DNA of 64,000 nucleotides from Bradymonadia bacterium (GTDB lineage Bacteria > Myxococcota_A > Bradymonadia > UBA7976 > UBA1532). Under the pieces are notes generated by a model that made no database searches, was not told the DNA's origin, and worked only from the letters and a program-made list of their open reading frames with translations. A program made the translations under genes and the position numbers. The stretch is taken from assembly GCA_046290225.1 (NCBI GenBank), contig JBKAGE010000052.1:11512-75511 (forward strand), given 5' to 3'. Positions 16,223-25,800 of the stretch are shown in pieces (within the stretch, counting starts at the first letter, position 1; each line of letters starts with the position of its first letter).

Positions 16223-19200
16223 GTGCGCATCAACCGACTGCTGCTCGCTCTGCTTTGCCTTGCCCTTGCCGCGTGTGACGACAGCGGTGGGGACGCCACC
16301 GAAACGCCGACCCCTGATGCCTCGGTCACCCCCGATGCTGTTGTGGACACCGCCGATCAAGATGTGCCCGAGCCGGATCCGGATCAAGGCGTGTGCATGG
16401 AAGGCGAAGAGGGCTGCGCCTGTGGCCTCAACGACTTCTGCGAGTTTGGCCTCACGTGTGAAGAGGGCGTCTGTGTTGCCCCTTGCTCTGATGGCGCTGC
16501 TGGGTGTCCGTGCGACGTGGAGGCTGATCCCATCGGGTGTGGTGAAGACCTCATCTGCGACGCTGACGAGTCCACCTGTCGTGATCCTGAGAGCTGCGAA
16601 GAGCTGGAGTGCGCCGAGCACGAGCTGTGCGCTGAGCCCGAGCTCGCCGGTGATCTGCCCCGGTGCCTCGGCGAGTGCGAGCCTGGCTACGAGTGGATCG
16701 CCGGCGAAGAGGAGGGTGAGGGCACATGCCAGATGATCGAAGGCCTCACCTGTGATCAGCTCGACTGCGCAGCCAGCGGTCGTGAGTGTGACGAGATGGA
16801 GAATGGTGCCACCTGTGGCGAGTGCCTCGGCGGCTACATCAACGACGCCGGTAGCTGCCGCCTCGCTGTGACCTGTGAGGCTGCGGGGTGTGCTGCGGCC
16901 AACCGCGCCTGCGTCGAGGTTGTCGATGCCGACGCCACCTGCGGTGACTGCCTCGACGGGTTCATCGATCAGGGCGGTGTGTGCATTTCTAGCATGCAGG
17001 CCAACTGTGATGCCGACGCCGACGGCAGCATCGCCGCGGCCTGTGCCGAGGAAGGCCGTACCTGCGTAGAAGACGACAACGGCGCCCAGTGTGGCGCATG
17101 CGTCGAAGGTCTGGTCCAGAACGAGGCCGGCCTCTGCGCTACCCCGAGCTACTGCGATGATCTGAACTGTGGCGCCCTGGGCCGTACTTGCGCCGGCGAC
17201 CCCTTCGCCGCCTGTGGTGAATGTGAGAACGGCACTGAGCCCATCGACCCCGAAGACCCCCTGAGCGCCTGTGTGGCTCCCCTGACCTGCGCCGACATCG
17301 TGTGCAACGCGGGAGAGTTCTGCCTCGAAGGCAATGGTGGTGACGCGGAGTGCTTGATGGAGCCCTGCGGTGAAGGTGAGGCGTTCCGCGCCGACCAGAA
17401 CCGCTGCCTCGTGTGTGAATTGAACTGTGGCGAAGAGGGCGAGACCGGTGATGTGTGGCCCTTCACCATGGAGTTCAGTGATGACTGCCTCTGTGAGACG
17501 CAGACGGGCTACTACGCTGATATCTCTGGTGCTGTGCGCGCCAAGGCCTGTGACGCCGATGGTGACGGCTGGGTCCGCGTGAGCGCCCAGAGCAGCATCG
17601 AGTCCAGCGACGAGGCCATCAGTGACAACGCCCGCTGCGCCCTGCGAGAGGTCGATGAGGTGCACCTCGAGAATGAGCTGGGGCAGCGCTACACACTGCG
17701 GGCCTGCGAAGATGGCTGGGCCGAGCCCGGTGAGGACCTGGATTGCGACCTGCGCCCTGTGGGCCTCTACGAGACCGTGCGCAACGACGATGTGGTGGAG
17801 CTCGGCCGCAGCGCAGATGTGCCCACGTTTGCTGCCGGTGGGGTGGGCCGTGACCTGCGCCCCGAAGAGCTCAACACCCTCACCAAGGCGTGTGTATCTA
17901 CCATTGCTGATTACAACGACAATGAGATCGCCGATGTGAACGAGCACCACGACACCGCGCCGCCGGCGGCCCTCGACAGCGCCCTGCAGCCGTTCCTGGA
18001 GCTGAGCTACTTCGTGGAGCTGCACACCAGCTACTACGAGGCGCCAGGCAACAATGAGGTCTACGGTGCCTACGTCATCTCAGAGCGCTCCCGGTGCTCC
18101 GCTGGCTTCCCTGTGGGCTACGCCGAGAGTGAAGGCTCGTACTGGCGCAGCTGCATGCGCAATCGCGACGTGGACTACACCGAAGATGGTGATGCCCTGA
18201 CGCCCGTGGGCTACGATTTTGCCCGCTTCAGCTGTGACAGCGCCGAGGGCAGCTGCGACACGCCGACGCCCGTGACCGGTGATGGCCCCGACGACGAGGT
18301 GGTGCCTCACGACCTGTGCTCGGTGCCTGCGCCCGCCGATGGCATCTGGCGCGGCATGAACCACGCCAGCCAGTTCCGCTGTGCAGTCATCACCGCCGAA
18401 GCCGAGCTGCCCGAGAACCGCGGTGACTCGCCTCAGGCGCTCACCCCAGCGGAGCTCTTCAACGGTGTGCAGACGACTCGGGCATGGCAGATGAACGTCT
18501 GCCATGTGGATTGCCCTGCGGGCGACGACAGCTGTGAGGCGGACTGTGGTGACGACGGCTGCGCCACCAGCAGCGCCGCCCCTGGCGGCCTGGAGAACCC
18601 CAGCGATCCCAGCCTGACGTGTACTGCCGTGGCCCAGGGGGATGCTGATGATGTCTTCACCGCAGGCAGCGTGGGCTTCGTCTCTGCTCGCTACGTCGAC
18701 ACCGCCGGTGCCTACGTGCGCGGCTGCATCAACGAGTGGGCCCCGGGCTCTGCCGACGATGCCTGGAAGAACCTCTGCCCTGGGTACGCCCAGAACCCCG
18801 CTGGTGTGGTGGGTGACGCCAACGCCGCGAACTTCGGCAAGCTGCTCTGTGGCTGTGGCTTCGGCTACGGCGGGGCCACCTGCGAGCTGGGCTGCCCTGA
18901 GCTGGCCATCGACACCACGGGCGACGGCCGCACCGACACGGATGTGGGCCCACTGCACTACGGCGGAGATCTCGACGACGAGGCCTGCGACAACGGCTAC
19001 TGCCCCAATGATCCGACCTCGGATGACGGCGGTCGCCGCGGCTGGTGGATGTGCGGCAGCTTCGCCATCACCGAGACCGTGGAGAGTAACGCCGCCGACC
19101 CCCGAGCCCTCGAGGGTGGCAGCTTCAGCGTCATCGGTGGGGTGAACAACATGGGCTTCTCAGGCGAGAGCTGCGAGAACGACGACTGCAACGTGGGCTG

Positions 19201-19234
19201 GAGTACTCGCCCCACCACCGCCGCTGACCGCTGA
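16223..19234 (+). CDS. Cys-rich acidic lipoprotein with EGF-like repeats
   Basis: Lipobox LAAC; CGECLGGY/CGDCLDGF repeats; DADGDG Ca-binding-like motif; GGGAGG RBS. Confidence 0.85.
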   Translation: MRINRLLLALLCLALAACDDSGGDATETPTPDASVTPDAVVDTADQDVPEPDPDQGVCMEGEEGCACGLNDFCEFGLTCEEGVCVAPCSDGAAGCPCDVEADPIGCGEDLICDADESTCRDPESCEELECAEHELCAEPELAGDLPRCLGECEPGYEWIAGEEEGEGTCQMIEGLTCDQLDCAASGRECDEMENGATCGECLGGYINDAGSCRLAVTCEAAGCAAANRACVEVVDADATCGDCLDGFIDQGGVCISSMQANCDADADGSIAAACAEEGRTCVEDDNGAQCGACVEGLVQNEAGLCATPSYCDDLNCGALGRTCAGDPFAACGECENGTEPIDPEDPLSACVAPLTCADIVCNAGEFCLEGNGGDAECLMEPCGEGEAFRADQNRCLVCELNCGEEGETGDVWPFTMEFSDDCLCETQTGYYADISGAVRAKACDADGDGWVRVSAQSSIESSDEAISDNARCALREVDEVHLENELGQRYTLRACEDGWAEPGEDLDCDLRPVGLYETVRNDDVVELGRSADVPTFAAGGVGRDLRPEELNTLTKACVSTIADYNDNEIADVNEHHDTAPPAALDSALQPFLELSYFVELHTSYYEAPGNNEVYGAYVISERSRCSAGFPVGYAESEGSYWRSCMRNRDVDYTEDGDALTPVGYDFARFSCDSAEGSCDTPTPVTGDGPDDEVVPHDLCSVPAPADGIWRGMNHASQFRCAVITAEAELPENRGDSPQALTPAELFNGVQTTRAWQMNVCHVDCPAGDDSCEADCGDDGCATSSAAPGGLENPSDPSLTCTAVAQGDADDVFTAGSVGFVSARYVDTAGAYVRGCINEWAPGSADDAWKNLCPGYAQNPAGVVGDANAANFGKLLCGCGFGYGGATCELGCPELAIDTTGDGRTDTDVGPLHYGGDLDDEACDNGYCPNDPTSDDGGRRGWWMCGSFAITETVESNAADPRALEGGSFSVIGGVNNMGFSGESCENDDCNVGWSTRPTTAADR

Positions 19235-19235
19235 A

Positions 19236-20654
19236 TCACTCCTCGGCCTGAGGCAACCAGAGGCGCCTGTCGAGCTCACCCACGGTGTCGTTCCAGAAGT
19301 CGACTGTACGGGTGAGGTCATCCAGTCGGACCCTCAACATCGTAGACATCAACACCTCGCCCTCGCGCCTCGACGCAGTCAAATCGCCCGCCACCGAGAC
19401 GCGCCACTCACCAATGAAGCGGCTGGTCAGGATCGTCCGCAGGTTTATGTCTCTCGAGAACATGTCGGCGTCTTCCAAGAAGAAGTGTTGGCCACCAGAG
19501 GCACAGGCCAGCTCTGCGAGGGCCGTGTCCCGCCCTTGCCTTTGGGCACCTGCGGCGACGGGCGGTTGCACCTGCAGGACGAAGAGCGGGATCTGTCCAT
19601 CGATGAATGGTTGCACGGCGTCGCCCCATGAGGTGGCTGATTGATCGCCCGCCTCGACACCATCCGTGAAGAGTACCACCATGGGAGAAAGTCCTTCCGC
19701 AGCAGGGCTGGAGACGATCTGTGCGTGCACTGCTACGAGCGCATCACGCAGGTTGGTGGGGCCATCCTCGCCCCTGCTGTATCTGTCGAAACACTCTGTG
19801 GCGATTTCGCGATCGAGGGTGGGTGAAGCACACTCCGCGTCGATTTCGGGCAGCGCGTCGAACTTCATGATCGAGATCCACGTGGGTGTGTTTCCACGCA
19901 GCGTGCCTGCTGCTGTAGGCAGGTCTTCGATCAGCTCTCTCATGAATGTAATCCGCCTACGGTTGGGGTCTGTGGCGCGATCGGTGTCGATCTCGGGCGA
20001 GCCCACATCGCCTCCGAGCAAGCTGACGGAGTTGTCCATCATGAAGATGACGAGGCGATCGTTGCCGACATGGTCTGTACCTGCTGTCCAGCGAAATTCG
20101 ACCTCTTCGACGTCGAGGTGTGTATTGGTTCGGGCGCCGTTTACATCCTCGATGTTGATGTTCGCCTCTTCATCTATGCAGGCATCTTCCTCGAAGCAGC
20201 TGAATTGGAAGGCCTCGGGGCTCAGCGCCTCACCGGCGCCCAGTGTGGGCCGGTTGAATCGATCGTCTGGTGTGATGAGGCGAGAAGGAAATGGGCCGCC
20301 ATACGGGAGCACTGAGAGCGTAAATGCGTCAGGGGAGCTGGGCGAGGGGCACGCACCAGCGGCGAGTAGTCTGATAAAATCTACGTCTTCTCCGTACACT
20401 GCACCATCAACCATGGTGTTGTCACCCATGCCCATGTCGGCAGCAGGCGGGCGCCCTTCGTCCGGATCTGACATCGAAGACTCTGTGTCACATGCGCCGA
20501 AGATGAAGGCGCTGATGAGGCCGAGTCCGATGAGCGTGGAGTGGTGTTGGCCGCCGAGGTGGTCGTCGAATTGCAAAATCTCTCCTGTGAATGCCAGTGT
20601 TCCTGGCCCGTCAAAGCCAGGTTTTCTCGAAACGGCTGTGGGATAGAGCACCAA
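19236..20654 (-). CDS. VWA domain-containing lipoprotein
   Basis: FMMDNSVSL (MIDAS DxSxS), TNLRDAL, LFTDG; lipobox-like FGAC; start uncertain. Confidence 0.75.
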   Translation of the reverse strand: MVLYPTAVSRKPGFDGPGTLAFTGEILQFDDHLGGQHHSTLIGLGLISAFIFGACDTESSMSDPDEGRPPAADMGMGDNTMVDGAVYGEDVDFIRLLAAGACPSPSSPDAFTLSVLPYGGPFPSRLITPDDRFNRPTLGAGEALSPEAFQFSCFEEDACIDEEANINIEDVNGARTNTHLDVEEVEFRWTAGTDHVGNDRLVIFMMDNSVSLLGGDVGSPEIDTDRATDPNRRRITFMRELIEDLPTAAGTLRGNTPTWISIMKFDALPEIDAECASPTLDREIATECFDRYSRGEDGPTNLRDALVAVHAQIVSSPAAEGLSPMVVLFTDGVEAGDQSATSWGDAVQPFIDGQIPLFVLQVQPPVAAGAQRQGRDTALAELACASGGQHFFLEDADMFSRDINLRTILTSRFIGEWRVSVAGDLTASRREGEVLMSTMLRVRLDDLTRTVDFWNDTVGELDRRLWLPQAEE

Positions 20655-20781
20655 GCATGCCAGGCGAGCACGACGGCTCAGCGCCCATGATTTGGGGTGT
20701 TACGAGAGACTTCGCTGTGAGTTGTGTGCACTGAGTGTGACTGCTGCTCACAACTCAGAGAGTGAGCTGGAGAAGTTTGTT

Positions 20782-20809
20782 TGCGGGTTTCGCTCAGGCG
20801 CAACGCATC
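20782..20809 (+). promoter_or_regulatory. Bipartite motif copy 4
   Basis: TGCGGGTTT-cgctcaggcgcaa-CGCATC before ATG 20848. Confidence 0.75.
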
Positions 20810-20847
20810 CCTCCGTAACAACGACTTTCAATGCCCGGAGCCTTCAC

Positions 20848-22038
20848 ATGGCCATCTCACCCTTCATCAAAAGTGTTCTACGAAACTTGGCCCTCGGGGC
20901 GCTGGTCACCGTGCCTGCCATCGCCGCCATCGACGACGCCGCCCAGGTCGACGCCGTGCCTCGGGTGGTGCCCTACGATGGGTACTTGAACCTCAATGGA
21001 GCGGTGTACAACGGCACCGTCGATGTCATCTTCACGCTCTACGACGCCGCGAGCGGAGGCAGTGATGTTTGGAGCGAGGAGTGGAGCACGGCGGAGGGTC
21101 GCCCGGTGGCCGTCACCGGAGGCCGCTTCAACGTGGCCTTGGGCAGTTTCGACAGCATCGAGGCGGTCATCGCCGACACCGGCTCTGTGTATTACCTGGG
21201 TATGGAGGTCAAAGAGCCCGATTCGAACAACTACACCGCTCTCGGGGGTCGGCAGCGCATCAATCCCGTGCCTTACTCCATGTGGAGCGGTCAGACCACC
21301 AACCTCGCCGTGGCGGGCACCCTCAACGTCGAGGGGGTGGTCAACATCAACAACCACCTCAATGTCACCGGCGCCGTCAACGCGGCGAGCGGGGCGTTCA
21401 CTGGCGCAGTCAGCGGGGCCAGCCTCACGGCCACCACCGGTGATGTCAACGCAGCAGGCAACATCACCGCGTCGGACTCGGATAGCTCGTTCATCACCAG
21501 CAACTATCGTATCCGTTCGAGGGACGGCTACCTGACTCAGGTGAATGGTGCGGGCAACTGGGTTCAGGCGATGAGGTCTTCAGGGAGTTATCTGTACCTC
21601 GACCCCTCTGACAGCTTTGCCAACGGCGTCAGAGTCGGCAGCACATTGACTGTGGATGAAGGCCTCAGCAACACAGGCACCTTGAGCAACACAGGCACCT
21701 TCAGCAACACGGGCAACACCGTGAACAGCGGCAACCTCATCAATGGCGGCAACATGGTTAACGGCGGCACCCTCGGCAATGTCGGTGTGGCAACTTTCAG
21801 CAGCACTGTGAACATGAATGGTGCCGTGAACATGAGTCAGTGCAGGCTGTGCATGAACATCGGCAATAACAACCGACGGGCCTCGACCTGCGTGCGCATG
21901 GAGAGCGGTCAGTTCAGTGGGTGGCGGAGGTTTACCAACAACGACGTGAACGACGATGACTACTTCAGCATGTATTTCCTCTGTGACGATGGTGACAACT
22001 CCAATGCTCAAGAGTGGGTCGCGCCCAACACCCCGTAG
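20848..22038 (+). CDS. Secreted fibre-like protein, paralog 1
   Basis: Signal peptide; VPRVVPYDGYL...FTLY...GG..VW.E...GRF.V.LG...YLG...GRQRINPVPY N-domain; beta-rich G/N/T repeats; Cys-containing C-terminal tip (track ORF from 20692). Confidence 0.75.
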   Translation: MAISPFIKSVLRNLALGALVTVPAIAAIDDAAQVDAVPRVVPYDGYLNLNGAVYNGTVDVIFTLYDAASGGSDVWSEEWSTAEGRPVAVTGGRFNVALGSFDSIEAVIADTGSVYYLGMEVKEPDSNNYTALGGRQRINPVPYSMWSGQTTNLAVAGTLNVEGVVNINNHLNVTGAVNAASGAFTGAVSGASLTATTGDVNAAGNITASDSDSSFITSNYRIRSRDGYLTQVNGAGNWVQAMRSSGSYLYLDPSDSFANGVRVGSTLTVDEGLSNTGTLSNTGTFSNTGNTVNSGNLINGGNMVNGGTLGNVGVATFSSTVNMNGAVNMSQCRLCMNIGNNNRRASTCVRMESGQFSGWRRFTNNDVNDDDYFSMYFLCDDGDNSNAQEWVAPNTP

Positions 22039-22142
22039 ACTGTCGTCCTGGTTGGCTGCATTACTGTTTTAGAAGCCTTCAGGTCTATTGCTGTCCTTGC
22101 CATTGAGTCGCAGGGCGTAACGCATTTTGAACACCCTGCACG

Positions 22143-23327
22143 ATGTTTCTCGGAATGGAGCCAATCATGTACGCTCAATCTCTATTCACCAAAGTCACCC
22201 GAGGTTTGGTATTGGCCGGTTGCATGGTGATCCCTGCCATCGGCGGTCAGGCCATGGCAGAGCTCGGCCAGGCAAATTTTGAGGACGCTGTACCCAGAGT
22301 AGTGCCATATGATGGCTACTTGAACCTGGATGGGGCGCCTTACGATGGCACTGTCGACGTCATCTTCAGCCTCTATACTGCGGCAAGCGGTGGCGAGACC
22401 GTCTGGACCGAGACGTGGAGCACGGAGGAGGGTCGCCCGGTGAGCGTCACCTCTGGGCGCTTCGCCGTTGCGCTGGGCAGCTTCGAGCGGATCGAAGCCG
22501 CCATCGCAGACACCAGCGCGACGTACTATTTGGGCATGGAGATCAAGCTACCAGAGGGCGACGCCTACACCACCCTCGGGGGCAGACAGCGCATCAACCC
22601 CGTCCCCTACGCCGTGTGGTCAGCGCAGAGCAGCAATTTGACCGTTGAAGGTGTGTTGCACGTAGAAGGTGAAGCCACCATCAACAACAACCTCAACGTC
22701 ACCGGCGCGGTCAATGCTGGCAGCGGCGCGTTCACCGGGGTGCTCACCGCAGGCAGCGGCACTTTCTCGGGGGCCCTGTCGGTGGGCAGCCTCGACGCGG
22801 GTGCCTTGAACGCCACCAGCCTCACCACGACTGGAGACGTCACCGCTGGAGATGATGTCATCGTCGCGGACGACATCACCGCGTCGAGCTCGGACAGCTC
22901 GTTCATCACCAGCAACTATCGCATTCGGTCGCGCGACGGGTACGTGACACAGGTGAATGGTGAGGGCAACTGGGTCTTCGCCATGCGAGGGGCTGACGAC
23001 TATCTCGGCCTGGACCTGTACGACAGCTTCCCCAACGGCGTCAGGGTGGGTAGCACCCTGCTGGTCGACGAAGGCCTGACCAGCAGCTCGACGACCAATC
23101 TGAACGGCACCGTGAACATGAGCCAGTGCCGCATCTGCCTGAACACCTCTCGCAACGCAGATCGCGACAACCAGGACCAGGAGCGATACGCATGTGTGGA
23201 GATGACGTCGAACAGCGTCTCGCCGTGGGTGGAGTGGGGCAACAACATCGATGAGGACGACTGGTTCCGCCTCGTGTTTCGGTGTGATGGTGGCGGCAGC
23301 ACGGCAGGGGGCAATGGCTCCTGGTAG
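22143..23327 (+). CDS. Secreted fibre-like protein, paralog 2
   Basis: Same N-domain; start may be ATG 22167. Confidence 0.75.
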   Translation: MFLGMEPIMYAQSLFTKVTRGLVLAGCMVIPAIGGQAMAELGQANFEDAVPRVVPYDGYLNLDGAPYDGTVDVIFSLYTAASGGETVWTETWSTEEGRPVSVTSGRFAVALGSFERIEAAIADTSATYYLGMEIKLPEGDAYTTLGGRQRINPVPYAVWSAQSSNLTVEGVLHVEGEATINNNLNVTGAVNAGSGAFTGVLTAGSGTFSGALSVGSLDAGALNATSLTTTGDVTAGDDVIVADDITASSSDSSFITSNYRIRSRDGYVTQVNGEGNWVFAMRGADDYLGLDLYDSFPNGVRVGSTLLVDEGLTSSSTTNLNGTVNMSQCRICLNTSRNADRDNQDQERYACVEMTSNSVSPWVEWGNNIDEDDWFRLVFRCDGGGSTAGGNGSW

Positions 23328-23362
23328 GGGGGCGACACCCCCTTGAAGGTTTTTTCGCTTTT
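23326..23362 (+). terminator. Possible intrinsic terminator after fibre gene 2
   Basis: AGGGGG-gcgaca-CCCCCT stem followed by a T-rich tract. Confidence 0.4.
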
Positions 23363-23365
23363 CCC

Positions 23366-23393
23366 TGCGGGTTTCTCCTGACCCCGGCGCATC
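23366..23393 (+). promoter_or_regulatory. Bipartite motif copy 5
   Basis: TGCGGGTTT-ctcctgaccccgg-CGCATC before ATG 23439. Confidence 0.75.
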
Positions 23394-23438
23394 ACCTGCC
23401 AAGACACGTATTCAAGCCTTCAGTTAGGAGAATCACAG

Positions 23439-24557
23439 ATGGCCACCACCCGCTCCTTCGCTCGCACGTTCACGAAAGCCGCCGCCGGCCTCGCCCTCGC
23501 CAGCGCGCTGCTCGCCCCTGCGCTGAGCGGCACCGCCTTTGCCGACAATGATGGCGACACGTCGACGGAGTCCATCACCCGGGTGGTGCCCTACGATGGG
23601 TATCTGAACTTCGACGGCGTGGTCTTCAATGGCACCGTCGACGTGATCTTCACGCTCTACGACTCGGCGAGCGGAGGCGACGATGTCTGGAGCGAAGAGT
23701 GGAGCACCGCAGAGGGTCGCCCGGTCACCGTCACCGCCGGCCGCTTCAACGTGGCCCTGGGCAGCTTCGACGACATCGAGCCCATCATCGCTGACGCCGG
23801 CACCGTTTACCTGGGTATGGAGGTGAAGCTTCCTGAGGGGAACAACTACGTGGCTCTTGGTGGCCGACAAAGGCTCAACCCCGTGCCCTACGCCATGTGG
23901 ACCGCCCAAGCCTCAGATTTCGCCGTGGGTGGGAACCTGAATGTGAGCGACAACCTCGACGTGGGCGGCAACCTTGCCGTGGGCCAGGCCCTGTCCACGG
24001 TCTCCAGTGCGATGATCGGCACCAGCTTGACCGTGGGCTCCAACGCCACCTTCGGCGGCGCGCTCTTCGTCAATGGTGACATCGAGGCCGACGACATGGT
24101 GGTGGACTCTGTCTACACCCGATCACTCGTGTCGGACGGCGACACTGTCATCACTGGCCCAATCACCGCCACCAGTGGCGCGGAGATCTCGGGCGACATC
24201 ATTCAGGATGGCGACATCGAGAGCACTGGGCTCATCTACGCCGAGAGCTCCATCAACAGCAACCGGGGCTTCAGTACTTCGGGTTACGGCATCTTCCAGG
24301 GCAACGTCGCGGTTGACGGGAGCCTGACCGTGGGCGGGAACGTCAACCTCAGCGATTGCCGTATCTGCCTCAATACCGGTCGAGATCTCGACGATGATGA
24401 TCCCGATCAGCTGCGGTATGCTTGCGTGGAGCTGACGTCGAACAGTGTGTCGCCTTGGGTGAGGTACGGCGACAACCAGGACGATGATAATTGGTACCGT
24501 CTCGTGTTCCGCTGCGATGGTGGTGGTGATGAGTCCGGGAGCGATGGCTACTGGTGA
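23439..24557 (+). CDS. Secreted fibre-like protein, paralog 3
   Basis: Signal peptide ending AFA; same N-domain; AGGAG RBS. Confidence 0.78.
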   Translation: MATTRSFARTFTKAAAGLALASALLAPALSGTAFADNDGDTSTESITRVVPYDGYLNFDGVVFNGTVDVIFTLYDSASGGDDVWSEEWSTAEGRPVTVTAGRFNVALGSFDDIEPIIADAGTVYLGMEVKLPEGNNYVALGGRQRLNPVPYAMWTAQASDFAVGGNLNVSDNLDVGGNLAVGQALSTVSSAMIGTSLTVGSNATFGGALFVNGDIEADDMVVDSVYTRSLVSDGDTVITGPITATSGAEISGDIIQDGDIESTGLIYAESSINSNRGFSTSGYGIFQGNVAVDGSLTVGGNVNLSDCRICLNTGRDLDDDDPDQLRYACVELTSNSVSPWVRYGDNQDDDNWYRLVFRCDGGGDESGSDGYW

Positions 24558-24572
24558 GCCGTATGATGTTGA

Positions 24573-25694
24573 TCACCAGCGCCAGACCGCCGCGCCGCCT
24601 TCGGGCGTGATGGTCAAGCTCGGCGGTAGAGCCGGGTCGTCGAAGATGTAGAGCAGCACCCCACCCACCAGCGCCGCAGCGGCGCCTATCCCCAACAACG
24701 TCGTGGCGTCCCGGTACGTGTCCCGGTCATTTCGGAGCGTGCTGTAACGGTTGAACTCGGCGTCGGTGATGCCGCTGCCCAGTCGCGCTTCGAGGTCTTG
24801 TGCTTGGGACTCGGCGTCCAGGGCCTCGGTCCCTGTCCAGATGGCAAAGCCCGCCAGCACAGCCGAGCCACCGAGCAGGCTCCATGACACCACGCGCTGC
24901 GTCGTCACCTCGAGCTCGACGTTCATCTCGGCCTGTTGAGCGGGTTCGAGGGTGAGCTGCTGGGCGTGAGGTGTGCGTCCGCGGGCCTTCACGACGAGCT
25001 GGTGTGGTCCTGGCGTCACCGACAGTGGCCCAGTGAGGGGGGCCTGGCCCACCTCACGGCGATCGATGAGCACCTGGGCGCCGGGGGTGGCGTTGAGCGT
25101 GAGCTTCGCGGGCTCGGGCACAGGGTCGATGACCAGGGCGATCGTGGATCCCTCCACGGCGACCGCTTGCTGGCTGGCGGTCTGGAAGCCCTTGGCGAAG
25201 AGCTTCACGGTGTGGGGCCCGGGATCGACATCGAAGGTGCTGGGTACGGGCTGAGGGAATCCGTCGTCGATCTGGGCGTTGGCCTGGGGCGCCGACGAGG
25301 TGATGATCAGCCGTGTGAACGTGCGAGCGCTCGCAGCTTGCCCTCCTTCACCTTTGGCTTCGAGCAAGGGCACCAGAGTCGAGAGGTGCTGTGTGGCGTG
25401 GCCCTTTCGTGGGCCCTCGGGGGCGATCTCGAGGTAGCGCTGGTAGGCCTCGATGGCCGCCTCGAGGTCCGACACGTCGTTGTCGGAGAAGTACCGGAGC
25501 CGGTAGGCCTGGGCGAGTGAGAAGATCACCACAGGGCGCTCGGAGATGGCCCTCGTGGCCTCGAAGGCGTCGATGGCCACGGTGTAGTTGCCCGCCTGAT
25601 AAGCAGCACTTCCGGCGGTGTAGAGCGTTTTGGCCTGCTCCAATTGAGCGGGGGTAGCGCTGAGGAATGCGATGCACAAGCAGCTCAGGAGCAC
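24573..25694 (-). CDS. TPR + PEGA domain protein
   Basis: AKTLYTAGSAAYQAGNY..A...F TPR-like helices; two PEGA-like repeats (GAQVLID...G.APL...V.PGPH); C-terminal hydrophobic helices. Confidence 0.82.
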   Translation of the reverse strand: MLLSCLCIAFLSATPAQLEQAKTLYTAGSAAYQAGNYTVAIDAFEATRAISERPVVIFSLAQAYRLRYFSDNDVSDLEAAIEAYQRYLEIAPEGPRKGHATQHLSTLVPLLEAKGEGGQAASARTFTRLIITSSAPQANAQIDDGFPQPVPSTFDVDPGPHTVKLFAKGFQTASQQAVAVEGSTIALVIDPVPEPAKLTLNATPGAQVLIDRREVGQAPLTGPLSVTPGPHQLVVKARGRTPHAQQLTLEPAQQAEMNVELEVTTQRVVSWSLLGGSAVLAGFAIWTGTEALDAESQAQDLEARLGSGITDAEFNRYSTLRNDRDTYRDATTLLGIGAAAALVGGVLLYIFDDPALPPSLTITPEGGAAVWRW

Positions 25695-25800
25695 GGTGAG
25701 GCCTCGGGGGAACGTTGAACCGGATCAGGACACATGATTATGATCAGTAGCAATCTGTCGCAAGTGCTGGCACCCTCCGCGGTGCTCTGGAACCCCCCTG

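Noticed and set aside
19236..20654. VWA lipoprotein, PEGA protein and FG-GAP lipoprotein as members of the Tc-like regulon
   Set aside because: Interleaved with the system, but I found no shared upstream motif; membership unsupported
22098..22126. Seventh copy of the bipartite motif before fibre gene 2
   Set aside because: Only the downstream half (AACGCATT) is present; no TGCGGG at the right spacing
20848..24557. Diversity-generating retroelement acting on fibre tips
   Set aside because: No reverse transcriptase or template repeat seen; differences are not confined to adenines
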